Below, in pieces: positions 39,795 to 53,704 of a stretch of DNA of 64,000 nt. The notes beneath the pieces were generated by a model. That model worked only from the letters and a program-made list of their open reading frames with translations, was not told the origin of the DNA and did no database searches. The stretch comes from Lama guanicoe (lineage: Eukaryota). The DNA lies in NCBI GenBank assembly GCA_013239625.1, contig MU053513.1, positions 2,716,927-2,780,926 of the forward strand, read 5' to 3'. A program made the translations under genes and the position numbers. Position 1 is the first letter of the stretch, and every line of letters starts with the position of its first letter.

Positions 39795-40748
39795 GAAAAT
39801 GTCCATTTTCATCTGAAAAGTCTTAATTGGATGGGTATTCTGCAAGTTTCCACTTGGCTAGTTTAGAATAGACGTGGATATTTACTATTAGTTTCCGGGT
39901 GTGGGGGATCTCTCCCCGCTCTTTGCCCCCAGCTTTCTGCAGCTAAACTCTAGCTGTCTAACCCTCTTACTCTTTCATCCACATCCTTTCTGCAGGCTCC
40001 AGAATTCATTCAGTCTTGCTGCTATTCTCTGCCCCTCTTCCAAACAGCCTGAGCTTCCCCAGGAACGAGGTGGTGGGAACACAACGTGAGGTGCCAGGTG
40101 CTGCTCAGCTAGAACTGTCCACAGAGTAACTGTTGTTCCGCGCCCTTCTGCACAGGCAGCCTCAGCCCGGACTTCCCTTTCATCCTGCCAGACTGCCTGG
40201 CTGGCCTGAATTCAGTTTGCAGACCATCGTGCCCCCTGGGTCTGCTTTGGCATCACTGCACTCTAGTGTCTGCTTCCCAAACAGCTCTGTGTCTGGATTC
40301 TTTGCCCCCAGGTATATTCACTGCCTTGTCTTTTTCAAACGCTCACAAAGTTATCATTCCCAGCCTCCGTACCTCAAGTCTCAAAGGTCATTTGCATTTT
40401 ATTTCTATTGCCTGAGCTGCTCAGGGTACTTGCCCAGTTGGAACCATTAGAGTATTCCAACAACAGGCAGCTTCTTCCCTTTTCCCAGCCAGGTCATGAA
40501 TGAGAATGCTTAAATAAGAGTCAGACCTGCAGTTGTGCCAATGGCGTATCTTAACCCTCCTCCCGCAGAGACCCTGCCACCACCAGCAGCACCCAGAACC
40601 TTCTCAAGTTACAGTTTTTCAGCCAAATTAAAAACAACATACTCAGCCTTGCAAACATTTACTGGGGATTATGCTAGGTGCTGTGAGAGATTCCAAATCA
40701 TGGAAGACACAGTCATTGCCTTTCAAAAGGCTTCTAGCACCCTGAGCA

Positions 40749-41552
40749 CAGACACACCTTGAAGACACCGTAGGTCCAGTTCTAGACCACTGCAGCCAAG
40801 CAACTGTGGCAATAAAGCGAGTCACACAGATTTTTTAGTTTCCCAGTGCATATAAGTTATGTTTACACTATGCTGTAGTTAATTAGGTGTGCAACAGCAT
40901 TATGCCTAAAAAACAATGTACATACGGTAATTAAAAAATACTTTATGGCTAAAAAATGCTAAGCATCATCTAAGCCTGTAGTGAGCTGTAACCATTTTGC
41001 TGCTGGAGGGTCATTTTGTCGTTGATGGTTGCTGACTGATCAGGGTGATGGTTGCTGAAGGCTGGGGTGGTTGTGGCAATTTCTTAAGGTAAGACAACAA
41101 TGAAGTTTGCTGTGTCGACTGATTCTTCCTTTCACAAATGATTTCTTTGTATATGCTGTCTGACAGCATTTTACCCACAGCAGAACTTTCAAAATTGGAG
41201 TCAGTTCTCTCAAACCCTGTCACTGCTCTATTAACCAAGTTTATGTACTATTCTAAATCCTTTGTTGTCATTTCAACATCGATTAAGTTCACCATCTTAT
41301 ATGAGTGTAGTGCATGGAACTTCCAAACAATTACTATAGTAACATTAAAGATCATTGACCACCATAACAAATATAATGATGAAAAATTTTGAAATATGGA
41401 GAGAATTACCAAAATGTGACATAAAGACATGAAGTGAGCAAATGGCTGTTGGAAAAATAGCGCTGATAATCTTGCTTGATGCAGAGTGGCTTTAAAACTT
41501 CAATTTGTAAAAAATGCAATAAAGCAAAGTGTAATAAAATGAGGTATGGCTG
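40749..41552 (-). mobile_element. Tigger1-type DNA transposon, internally deleted (possibly Tigger1a_Art)
   Basis: Both degenerate TIRs (CAGACACACCTT at 40749; GAGGTATGGCTG ending 41552, then TA). ORF 41011-41238(-) [19 protein letters not shown]...[20 protein letters not shown] matches the Tigger1/TIGD1 transposase C-terminus. About 0.8 kb versus ~2.4 kb full length. Confidence 0.88.
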
Positions 41553-42589
41553 TATATACGATCTTCAATATTTAATAAGCATCTTAAATGTGCCAAACTC
41601 TACTAGGTGCTGAGTTTTCAAGTAGGAAAGTATAGTTTCAGTGAGTTTCATGGCAGCAGATAATGCCATATAATTACAATACAATAATAAAATAAAATAG
41701 TAAAAATAATCATGAAATGTATGCCTGGGATGTCAATCATTCAGCCTCATTTTCCTCATCTGTAAACTGGCACCAATCTTCTACATTGTGCTTAGGGTTT
41801 GCCTGATATGAGGTATGGACAACATTAGGTACAATGCATGACACAAAGTCTTTAGAATGTCATTATTAATAACAATAGTTGCAAAGATAATAATAAAGTG
41901 GTTGTTATTTTTAACATTAGTATTACTATTATCTCCCACATTCAATCTGATTGATCAGGCTGTCTGCAACATTGATAAGATAATTCAGAAACTTAACTAC
42001 ATCAACTAGAAAAGAATACTGTGATGGATGCCAATACTAGGATGGGCTGGAGGAGGAGAAAGCTTTGCAAGTGTTAAGGACCCTTGACACACACAAACAC
42101 CTGCACTACATTTGCAATGTAGTCCTCTCACTTAGGAATGCCACGGAGTGCATAGGACGTAACTGACTTTACATTTCGGGGGAACTGATGCCATGTTGTA
42201 GGGACTTGTGTTCCTCTGTGAGTTTCAGTCTTGTACTACTCTGAATCAGAAACCCCAGATGTGTTTTTAAACTTAGAGAATCTTAACAGGTCAGGTAAAG
42301 CTGGGTGTGGGTGAGTTCAGCTACCAAAATACGTCATTTCTGCCTAAGGCAGTGACAGAAACTCTAGGGCAGTGGTTTGCCCTCTTTCCATGACAAACCT
42401 CTCACTGATCGGTAGCAAAATGAGAATGATAAGGACAATGGAGAGAGGATTGTCCTTAATTTAAAGGACTGATACTGTGTTCTTTCTATTTTGTGGGTGT
42501 TAAAAAGTCATCCCTTTCATAGAAAGATGCTCTCAAGATTTCCCCTCCTGATTTGGGCCCCCAAATGTTCAAAGTAGCATAATACTTAT

Positions 42590-43475
42590 TTCTGTGAAAT
42601 CTTATCTAGTCCCATGGCCTTAAATACCATCGATATGCTGATAACTCCTAAATGTATATCTAGTAGCAAAACACTCCTTTAAGCTTCTGATTCGTATTTC
42701 TGCCTACCTTGGTTATCTCAGAGCACCTTAAACTCACAATCTCAAAAAGAGACCCTTGATTCTCCCTTCCTGCCTGGACCTGCTCTTCTCTTGGTCTTTC
42801 TGTCTCAGGAAATAGTATATTAAATGGCAAGTTGCTCAAACTAGGAATCTAACAATAATCCTTGATGCCTCTCTCCCTTTTCCTCCACCCTCTTGTCTAT
42901 CAATGCATCTCAGCAATTCCAGTTTCAAAACATTCCTCAAATCCAATGATTCGCCATCACCACAGCTGTCCCACTGTCATATCTATGCCACTGAAAGTTC
43001 GTCCCAAATGATCTCACTTCTTCCTTTCCTGTTTCCCTCCAATCCACTCGCCAATAGCAACCAGAGGAATCTTTTGAAAACTTAAATCCTGCTTTTAAAA
43101 TCTTTAATTACTTTCTTTTACTCTTAGCATGAAGTTCAAATTCCTTACCATGGCCTACAAGGCCCTGCATAGCCTGAGATCTGTTACGTCCAAGCATCAG
43201 GTTTAAAGAGGATGAATTCCCTGACCCCCTCTGTTCATATAAAGTTAACGTAATACATGCTGTCAGAGAACCATGCTTATTTCCTTAATAGCACCCTTCT
43301 CACTGTGAATTTTGTATCTCTTAGTGTAAGTGACTAACAACCATCTCCGCCTCCCCCAGCCTGTATGACACTTGAGGGCGTACTGTCTAGCTTTGTTTTT
43401 CATCACGTTCCCAGGGCATAGTCTAGTAGCTGCAGGCAGCATGTGCTCAACAAATGTCCACAAATGAATGGGAAG
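42590..43475 (+). mobile_element. L2 3' remnant
   Basis: cccatggccttaaataccatcgatatgctgataactcc (YADD-like DNA), ccttaccatggcctacaaggccctgcat, tail gtgctcaacaaatgtccacaaatgaatg. Confidence 0.75.
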
Positions 43476-45905
43476 GAAGAAAAAATTTAAACATCTTTAG
43501 TTAATAAAATAAAAAAGTGACCACCCTTTGTAGGACTCCAATTAAGAATTACTTTTCCCCGTGTCTGAAATCCAAAGATCCGAGAATTACTGCTCTGTGG
43601 TTGAAAAAGATACATCAGTTTTGGCCCCTGGAATACAATGGCTTATGTGAATGGCCTTTGAAAGCTTGTGGGATGTGTCAGTAGGGACCAGGTAAAGTTG
43701 GGCTGGTTCTGCGCTCTTTGGGATAGAGCAGTTTCTTTGGTCTAATTCTAGTTCTGGAGCCCTGGAACTCTGGGGAAGGGCTCTGAAACTCTTAAGTAAG
43801 TGCCAAAAGAGGAAAAGGATAAAGGAATGTGGTAACCACTCCAAGTTTAAACTCTGCATTTTAGAAGAATTTATTTGCAAATTTTATCTGATGTGCTGAT
43901 AAAGTCTAAAGATAGAAAAATTTATTTATGGTAAAACCTTGCCCACACACCAATTGGCTATTCAGTATCCCAAGTTATAATATGTGGCTATAAATTAGAA
44001 AAGCAAGATTCTCAGCCAACCAGTCAGGTTTGTATTCCCACTGGCAGCTTGTGTTGTGGCACTTGGATTGTTCCATCAAATAATTTACTGAGATCCAGAT
44101 GCTCCAATTCCTAATCTTTCCTGAGTGAGTGGTTGTCAGGTACTCCTGTCCGAACACAAGGCAGTTGGTACTTAACTGTAAGCTCCCACACTTGTCAAAT
44201 GATCTCCAAAGACTATGAAATTGCTTGTCATCTTTGTCAAAATTACATATGGGTGAGATATTGGCTATCTGTGTTGTCATTAAAAACTCAATTAAAAGAA
44301 ATTCTAAAATCATTATCAACTTTTTCAGACGTGAGTTGTCCTACCAAAAGCAAACTGTTTATAGCTTAGGCTTTTCCCAGCATTCAAAAGATGACAGAAT
44401 TCCAGAATAGGCCTAAGGAAAGGATGAGATCTGGACCAAGGTGGCAGCATCCTACGGAGGACAAAAGCAAGACGCAGACAGTGATGTTACCTGTCAGGTA
44501 GCAATTCCTCTCTTCCCAGCATCAGTGTGTGTAACTGCATTCTCTAATTAGACTGTATCACTTCATTAACATTGAGGACCACTGTCCCTAATGAGTCTTT
44601 TCAAAATGAGCAAACAGGAGGTAGCTTATCATAATGGCTCTCATTCTCACTGTGCCTATCTACTAGATGAATATTATTGGAAAAAATTAATTGCATTACA
44701 GTGGGTGCCACTGAATGTAAGCACATTGGGTCCTAAGGAAATGATTACCCTGAGAGGCCGATCGCATTAACTGAGTGCAGAGACTAGGTATCAGTGATGA
44801 GAGCAAAGCAAGTATGTGTGCGTATCTGAAAAGGAAGCTCACCGTTTTACAGCCAGATAGCTGAGGCTGGATGAGGAAGCCGCCTCTGCCTGGAGACAGT
44901 TAAACCAGGCAGTTTCTTCAATCAGAGCATAAATTATTAATAGTAATAAATTCAACAGCAGCCTCCATTTATTGAGAACTTACTATGAACCAGCAATAGC
45001 ACAATAGCTAAGCCCTTCAAATGCATGCTCACACTTAATCCCCACAACAGCTCTAGGAGACACGTGTCACAGTTTGTAAGTGGTAATCAGGAAGCAAATC
45101 AGTTTGACGCTAAGCCAGCACCCTAACCATAAAGTTGTACCTTTTAGATACAGACTCGATAGGGATCAGCACCTCTAGGTTATTTTTATTATTAGCCCAG
45201 CCATCCTATCGGACTGGGCACAGCCAGTACATCTGGGATTAAGGCATCTGGATATGACACTGAGCCCAAGGAGCTCCTGTGGGTATTTTCCCCTTCCATC
45301 CATTTGGAGATTGTTTGGACATAATGGAAAACACCATTTTTTAAAGAAAAAAAATGGGTTAAATTTTGCTTTTATGATTATAACACAAATAGCAGTAAAG
45401 CCTGATTTTTAAAAGAAGCACCCATTCAAATTTTCCTTTCTATTAAGGCAGAAGGGGTAAACATTACCCCTAACCTGTAGCTTACAACTTCTAAGGAATG
45501 GAGGTAATACATCCTGGAATGTGCCATGTCAGGAGAGGAAGCACTTTTCTTTACAGAGCTGCCTGTGGTATACCTGCTCTGGGGGCAGCTCAGAAATCTT
45601 CACTGGCCCAGTTACGATTTCCAACCATGTGATTTTCACACCTTGTGCTTCACTTTCTAACAAACTGAAGATGTATAACTAGAGAAGAGGGTGCACATTG
45701 ATGGAGAGCGGGAAGGAAGGCTGACTAGTGGGCGGGGTGGGGTCAGCCATGGCGAGGCCCCTGGTAGCCAGAGTGTCCATCTAAAGGGCAGGTGCTTCTG
45801 GGAAAGTTGGCATGGTTGACTGGGTATCAAATATTTAGATCTTTGAATGGAGCAGTTTATAATACACTTGAATGCAGACAATCAATGGATATTTTAAAGG
45901 AAGAT

Positions 45906-45933
45906 GTGTGTGTGTGTGTGTGTGTGTGTGTGT
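45906..45933. repeat. (TG)n microsatellite
   Basis: Uninterrupted TG run. Confidence 0.95.
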
Positions 45934-46199
45934 TGGCATGGGGGTGGGAGGGAAATCCAGCACTGCTGGAGAAAAGCTTCTCCATGGAGGTGGGAGAGGA
46001 GCAGCATTGATGGGGAAGCTTTAATGGCTGGTGGGAGAGCAACCCTGAAAAGGATGAGGAAGGATCTCTGGAGATCATTGTGTTTGGTCTTTAGAGGAAT
46101 GAGTAAATGCTGGTGACCTTCGTCCTGAAGCAGTGAAGCGTGATCGACCTCCCCACCTCCACACCCCCATCACCCACTCTCTTCCTCCATCCATCCTCC

Positions 46200-47832
46200 C
46201 AGTCTCAGAGCTTTAAGAAATTGAAGTCCTTCCTGCATAGGGCCGACGTTTTCTATGTATCCCATCCCCTCCATCTTTCCCACTTCCTTTGGGAACATGC
46301 TACCTCATATTTTTCTGCTTTCATTATTTCTGCTATTATTTCTACCTTTCCCGTTGATTATTGGCTCCTTCTCTTCATTCCTTCCCCCAGCGCAGGTACG
46401 CCACAGGTAGCTCTGTAAAGAAAGGTGCTGCTGCTTCTGACACGGCCTATTCCAGTATACATTACCTCCATTCACTAGCTTTCCCTTCAGCCTTCAACTC
46501 TCCACCCTTAAAACGACCTGCTTCCAACCCTGCGTTTCCCCTCGCTGCCATCCTACCCCCTCCTTCCTCCCACCCAAAATTCTGTGCAGAGGAAGACCTG
46601 TGCTCGCTCTCGTCACATTCATTCCTCAACTGATTGCAGTTAGCCCTGCAGTGCTTTGATAAAGTCACCTACAGTCTTGGCTTTCTCAAGTTAAAGGATT
46701 CTTTTTATGTCTTTATATTGGATTTATTGCTTTGATTTCCCTTTGGATCCCACCACTTTCCTGACCTTCTATCCTCCTAGCTTCTGTCCCATGACACGGT
46801 ATTGGGTCCCTTCGCATCATTTCACTGTCCCCGCTAGGGTTTTGGCTTTCTCTGTCGCCCACCGTCTAAAAGCTGCCCTTCCCGGCTTTTGTCCTCACTT
46901 CTCTTCTCTGAGGGCTTTGGCCACCACTTAAATGCTCAGACTTACAAATCTGAATTTCCTACTCAGATCTGCTGTTCACAGTTCAGGGCCATATATTCAA
47001 TTGCCTCCTGGACACCTTCACTCAACCTTGAGAAAAACATGATTAAAAAAATGAACATATATCTTATGCCCTATACCTGATTCTCCTTCAGTATTTTGTA
47101 CATAAACTGTACTACAAATCACCCAGTCAAACTATAAGCTTCGGGGGTCATCCTCACCAACTTTCATGAAATTAATCATCATACATTGTCTTTCTTCACT
47201 ACTTCTCCACTTTGTTCTAACTCTCTCTGCCTAAGTTCCCACTGTCATTCTCTTTCACTTGGACCACAGTAATCCTCTCCTCACGGCTCTCCCTGACCCT
47301 CGAATCCACCTTCCATACTCCCCAAGGGTGACCACATTATGCCCTGGCTTCACTGTGTTTCCATCAACAGCGGGATAAAATCTGAACCTTTAACACAGTA
47401 TACAGGCCTTCTGTAATCTTGACCTCTCAAAGACACATCTTTTGCTATTCTTTGCTTGATATTTTAAGCTCTAGTCATATCGATCCCATTACTGACTCAA
47501 AATACACCATACTATTTTTAACCTCAAGTCCATTTTCATGCCATTTTCTCCTCCTGAGACTCCCTTCCTCTCCTCTCTTCTCCCTAACTCCCTCTGACCT
47601 CCCTGACTCTAAAAGTTTAGTCAGGGATCCCTTTCTATGCTGCCAAGCACCTGGTATATATTTATCATTGCACTCACCAAATACCCTGACATTCTCTGTT
47701 TACAATGTCTCTTTCCCCAGCATAATTATAAACCCTCAAGGGCAAAGATCAGTACTATTATTTCTTTGACTCCTCAGTGCCTAAAACAGTTCCTGGTATA
47801 CAGTAGGCACTTCTCTGATTTTTACTGAATGC
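46200..47832 (+). mobile_element. L2 remnant
   Basis: atattcaattgcctcctggacacc, ggggtcatcctc, tail cagtgcctaaaacagttcctggtatacagtaggcac...tgaatg. Confidence 0.6.
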
Positions 47833-48092
47833 AATAATAACAGAAGCAAACATGTGTATAGGACTTTAGGTTTTCAGAGCTCCTTCCAACACTATCTCCT
47901 TTAGTTTTCATGGCAACCTTTCTTGGCTATTCAAAATGCATATTTTATTTCAGTTCATACCATGTGGAAATAAACAATAGCTTTAGTTGAGAACTACCTG
48001 AGAAACACAACCTAGAAAGATGTTATCAGAACACAGCCCATCTTTATTTTAATAAGAAACTATGGTTCTCAACCAAATATAGTTCATGAGTC

Positions 48093-48127
48093 AAAAAAAC
48101 AAAACAAAACAAAACAAAAACAAAAAC
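48093..48127. repeat. (CAAAA)n repeat
   Basis: aaaacaaaacaaaacaaaac visible. Confidence 0.9.
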
Positions 48128-50698
48128 ATGAGATGTTTTTTAAAATCCCCATTCGCCATTCACCATGCAAGTTCAGTTTACTCCAGTGTTTCTGAGCTCT
48201 AAAACAGTGACTCACAGTCATTTCCCTGGGCTGTTGTTGCTAACTGAACATTTTGCCTACTTATTTCTCCAAACTTTTAATAAGAGCTCTTATTCCTTTT
48301 TTAGTTAAAAATTTTCTAGTCCATATGGAGTCCCCAGTTCTCATTTTGTATTTTAACCTGATTTTTTTAACTTTTAGATTGCAGATGAATTCAGAAATTG
48401 GACTTTGTATGTAAAAGTATTAAATTGAAATGCTGTTTAAGACTTCTTTTACCCAGTAGAATAGAATAAAATAGTTATCAAATGTTATGTTTGCTCTTGA
48501 AGCAAATTTAGTTAAGTTATAATACCTGTGGCCCATAACCAATACCACTTAATGGTTTTTCCTTAAGACAAATAGATTTACCTCTTGACCTAGAGGAAAA
48601 GAAGCCTTCTGGCAACAAACAAGCTCATGATTTAAGTGCGGTTCGGAATTTTAATAATGGTTTGTTCAATATTTGAATTCACTTCCTTAAAGATAAGGGA
48701 AAGCAAATTAGATTATTTGGTTACTGTTTCCCTACTATAGGAAACAAAACCATCTGCATAAGATATGAATACATTCACATTCTGTTTCCATTTCTAAGTG
48801 ACTGCTCTACCGAAGAAACAGTTGTTCTTTGATAGATAGCAAAGAGAGAACTCAAGATTCTTGTCCTAATCTTTATTAGCTGCTACACGATCCTGAAGGA
48901 CAATATTCCTTTGCTTTACTTTACAAAAGCCATGAAAATTAGAACCTGCCCATTAACAGAAAGACAACAGATTGGGCCTAAAAAAATCAGACTGTTGTCT
49001 GATGATTATTGTCCTATTAAAAAAGCTATTAATTTCAGCAGTGATACTAGAATTCCTGAGGCTTTTTTTTTTAAGCATGCAAACATGAAGACCAGACTTA
49101 CAAATGCCAGACAAGAGATTGTTGCAAAGGCTAGCAGATTTTCTTGAATTTATAAAAATAAGAGTAAACACTTAAGTGTCACTTACTGTGTCAGACACTC
49201 TTTTAAGCTTTACAGGTAGTAATCATTTTGTCCTTCCTACCATGCTGGGAGCCTAAGATCAGAACCCATAGGACATGCTCTCACCTCTACCCAACATTAC
49301 CTCTCTCAGGCTCCACTGCCTGGAGTATGATTACTCTGTATTCCATGCAGATGAGTTAATATTAAAGACTCTCTTCATGTTGAAACATTTTAGTGAAGTC
49401 ACAGATACTTGGCAAGTTAGAGTGGACTAAGGATTCAAGCAATCATTCAGCTTAACCAAGATCTAGCTAAGCGTCCGACACCTAGTTGGTGGCAGATAAG
49501 AAACTACAACATAGAACCCTGACCCCTGGATATGCTTCTATTCCGTATTCCTTTTCTTATGTGAAAGGTGAGGCACTCATCTGTGCCGGATTTATTTCCT
49601 GATCCCCTACGACATGCCAGGCACCATTTTAGACACTGGAGATACGGTTAGGAACAGAGGAAATAATTACCTTCATGGAAATCATACTGTGTAATTCACT
49701 AAATAAACAAGGATTTACAGAGCACAGATTATGCACCGAGCTCCAATGAAGGGCTGTAGAGGTGGGGCTGGGTGGAATGGGGGAAGGAAGACCACAAGAA
49801 ACAGTCCCTGATTTCCAAGGCATTACGCAAAAGAAAAGGGGAAACGTGAAACACTCATAGGAAAATACAAAACAGTACAATGAAGAGCCCAGTTACAGGG
49901 TAAATGAATTCCAAGGGATTTCAGAGAAGGGGTGATCCAGAGAGCGCGAGGGATCCGGGTGTGTGTCTCACGGAGAAAGCAGAGAGGTAAAGGCGACGGT
50001 TGCCTACCATGAGTATGCAGCAGCCAGCTTTAGAGACGGGGGTGGACTTTAAAGGCATAAGCCTGAGTGAAAAAAGTAAGAGATACACGAAATTTAATAT
50101 GTCATTTGTGTTAAGCCAAATACCTGTACTCATAATTACTTGGTAAAGGTGTATGCAATTAAAAAAGATGCATATAAAACATAATAGAATGCCCGCGCAC
50201 GCAGAGGGGAAAAGGGATACGAATAAATATAATAAATTTATTAATTAACTTAAAAATAAGAGCAGGGCCCTCACAGACCAATGATGAAATTGTGTCATGA
50301 TTTCAACTCTTGGCCATCAATTCCAAGGAAAAAACTCACGGTGGCCTGGGATAGACACAGTAGAGCTTCTTAGGATGTATAGACCATGTTCAGGCAGACA
50401 GAAGAGAGGAAAAAGGTAATATGGGTGGGGGGACAGTATGAGAGGGAAGAGACAATTATGCCTGGAAGGGAAGGTGCATGTGGAGGGGGTGGAGGAAATA
50501 TGGGCAGATATGTGGCTTGGGTTTCTTAGGGGAACCCTCAGAAGTCAGGCAGAAGCCTCAGAGCTGATGGTAAAACACATAAGCAGGTGAGTGATGCAGA
50601 GACGGAAGACTAAGGAAGGGGAGCCTGCCAGCAGCCTCGGGAAGAAGGACCCAGATGCTGAAGCACCTAGGAATTCAAACTGGGGAATTTCAAATGTA

Positions 50699-51055
50699 TG
50701 TGGAATCTTAAAAAAAGAAAAGAAGACCAAGAGGACACTAATGAACTCATCCACAAAACAGAAAGAGACTTGCAGACATAGTAAACAATCTAATGGTTAC
50801 TGGGGAAAGGGGGTGGGAAGGGATAAATTTGGGAGTTTGAGATTTGCAAATGATAACCACTATATATAAAAATAGATAAAAAACAAATTTCTTCTGTATA
50901 GCACAGGCAACTATATTCAGTATCTTGTAATAACCTTTAACGAGAAAGAATATGAAAACAAATATATGTATATATACATGCATGACTGGGACATTGTGCT
51001 GTGCACCTGAGATTGACCCATTGTAATCGACTATATACTTCAATTAAAAAAAAAA
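50699..51055 (+). mobile_element. Artiodactyl/camelid-type L1 3' end with poly(A)
   Basis: tgtggaatct...ctaatgaactcatccacaaaacagaaagagact...ctgtatagcacaggcaactatattcag...ctatatacttcaattAAAAAAAAAA; approximate TSD aaatgtatgtgga (50692) / aaatatgtgtgga (51053). Confidence 0.88.
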
Positions 51056-53569
51056 TATGTGTGGATGAGGACAGAATGACTGGTGTCCAGGGGAAAGAAA
51101 GAAAGGTAAAGAAGGGACACATACTGAGAAGACCACAAAAATGCCTCAGGGAGGTACTAGCTGGGTTCTTTGTGCAGGACATTTTTGAGAGTTCGCTTCA
51201 GAGTAGTCGTGGTTCCTGAAAACAGTTAAGTGGGTCACTTGCTAAGCTTTCCTTAGTGGTAGATTAATTAGCCAGCTGTAACTCCCGGATCTCTATTTTT
51301 AAATAACGACTTGCATAAATCTCTGAAGACAAGAACTTGCCACCAGTATACAGCACATTCCGGCAGCTGCAAGTTATTATGCCCAGTGGAAATTAAATAT
51401 CTTTTAGGGAAATCAGGCAAGATCTCATGACAAATATGAAATTAACCCCTGCCACCTCTCTGCCCGACTCATTTCTTCGCTTGCCTGCCATCCTAATAAG
51501 GAGAGTCTCTGGGGTCCTGAAATGACAGCAGAATTGGCGATATTTTAAAAAGGCATTATTCATCTACGAGCATTAGTGAAAGATAGAGCCTTTGTCCTTG
51601 GCTGAGCTGGAAGCTCTGGAAATCAAATGTTGATAAAAATACACAAGAGGCTCCTACTAAAAAACTATTAACCCGTGGTCAGACAGAAATACTTATAACT
51701 CCAGGGATGTAAAGAAATAAGCAAACAAACAAGCCATTTTATTTATCGTTTTAAGCATCTGGTTTTCTCTGCTTAACCACCTCAAGTTCCCACTTTTTGT
51801 TCCTTCTGACCAAATGTGTCCTCATCTGCTTACTATACTTCTTTATTGACCAGCTGCAGGTTGCAGACGACATGTGACTTTTTACTTTCCCCCTTTCACT
51901 CCCTATTTTGCACAGTAGGTTTGGGTTCTCACAGTTTGTGGGAGATACTAAACACTGAGTCCTCAGGCAGAGAGAAAATGGAAGAAAGAAAGAACGACAA
52001 GAGCTGGCTGTAAGTAATGCCAACAAAGCTGCATTTGGAAGGGTCCTGAAGTCTGGAGCTTTACTGGGTATTCAGGTGCTACTTGTAAATGGGTGTTTAA
52101 TAAAATGACACTCAATACTCCCGCCATCATCACCAAGTGAGGGACTTTGTTTGGCCATTTTCAATAAAAGACAGAAGTCAGGCATGGTTTTGGCAGGAAA
52201 TCCATCCCTGGGTGGGTGAAAAGGGAATCCTCAGGTTTCCCAAGTTATTGTAAAGACTCCATAACAAATCTCTGATTTCCCACATGAGCACCGACCATCC
52301 AGAATCCAGGAGAATAAAAAGAAGTAAGGCCTGCATATAGATGGCATACTGTCAGGTCAGAGGCGGGTGAAGCAGAGGGTATCAGTAAGGACCTGAAAAG
52401 AGACGGAGGTGATGGTCATCACAGCACCCCCGCTTGGGAGGCCCACCACTCAAGCCCTCTGCTGTGCAGTTGGGATCTGCTGCTCCCTCCTCGGACCCCG
52501 CCTTGATCCTCCTGCCTCCCCTTAATTTTCCCCTCACTCCAGGATGTCTCTGACTCCCACAGGGAAGGCTGCAAACCCCACCGCTGCCAGGCAGCACTGT
52601 TTTCCTTCTATCTGAGTCCAGACATGGCTGCTGGCTTTCACCTTGACCTCTGACCTCCTTTGTCAGGAAGTTAACATGGTTCCTGCCTCCAGCTAAGGGT
52701 TTCCAACATTGCTGAATGGGAGTCTATCTTATCAATTATGTGAACTTCAGACTTCGGCATAAAGGTCATTATTGTGTTATGCACCTGGAATCACATTGTA
52801 ATGAGGCAAATCACATTCTCTTACAGTCAATGAGGGGGAAAACAGCACACAAAATGGAAATTACTTCTAAAATGACCTTGCTGGATTTCTACATCTGGCT
52901 AGCAGAGTCTGTCTCCATACATCAAGGAACTGACGTGGCAGCTTTGTCATACAACCAGGCACCCCGATCCCATGTTAGCAAACATGCTCTTGTGGAACAT
53001 ATGGCATAAGCCCATTAATTGTGTGCACAGTTGATGAATTCCCAGCAGAGCACCCATGATGTTTACCGATTCACTGCCACCCTGCCCCAGGCTGCTTCCA
53101 AACATGTCAGAAAAATAAAATGTCATCCATATTTGTATTCAGAAATCATTCCATATTTATGCATGCTAATAAAAACAAAAGCTTGCTTTCTGAGGAAGGG
53201 GCAAGCTCCATAATCCATTTTCTGAGAGGGCCACATGTCTGACACGTTCTGCAGACATTGCATTCACTGCAATAGCAGCTTGAAAAACGCAGGTAGGCCG
53301 GCTCTGTGGCTTCTCACCCCTTCCTATGCCGAAAGCAGCTGAGAGCAGACAGCTATCCAGGACTGCTGAGAGAAACCGCTCTCTTCTTCTACTTAAACAA
53401 CTTGCCTTAGATTGTTTCTTAGTGATTGAACAAATATTTAATGAACCAGTGGATGAAACAGCTATGCGAAGAGCTGTGACTTCATGGTGCCCTAAAACTT
53501 CTCAGCTCCTTTCATTAATAATCAGCTCCCTCTCCAATTCCTCAGCCTTGTTCTGTTTCCTGGAATATA

Positions 53570-53700
53570 GCATTTGAGTTCAATAAATAGGACATGAAGT
53601 TCTGGCTCGGAAAATCACCGGTGATGTGATTTTCATGAACAAATCACTTAAATTCTCTGAGCCTCAATTTCCTTATCCATAAAATGGGTGAATTACAGCT
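53570..53700 (+). mobile_element. MIR SINE
   Basis: aacaaatcacttaaattctctgagcctcaatttccttatccataaaatggg. Confidence 0.7.
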
Positions 53701-53704
53701 TTTG

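Noticed and set aside
43975..44400. Possible antisense CR1/L3 reverse-transcriptase remnant
   Set aside because: Resemblance too faint to support without an HMM search.
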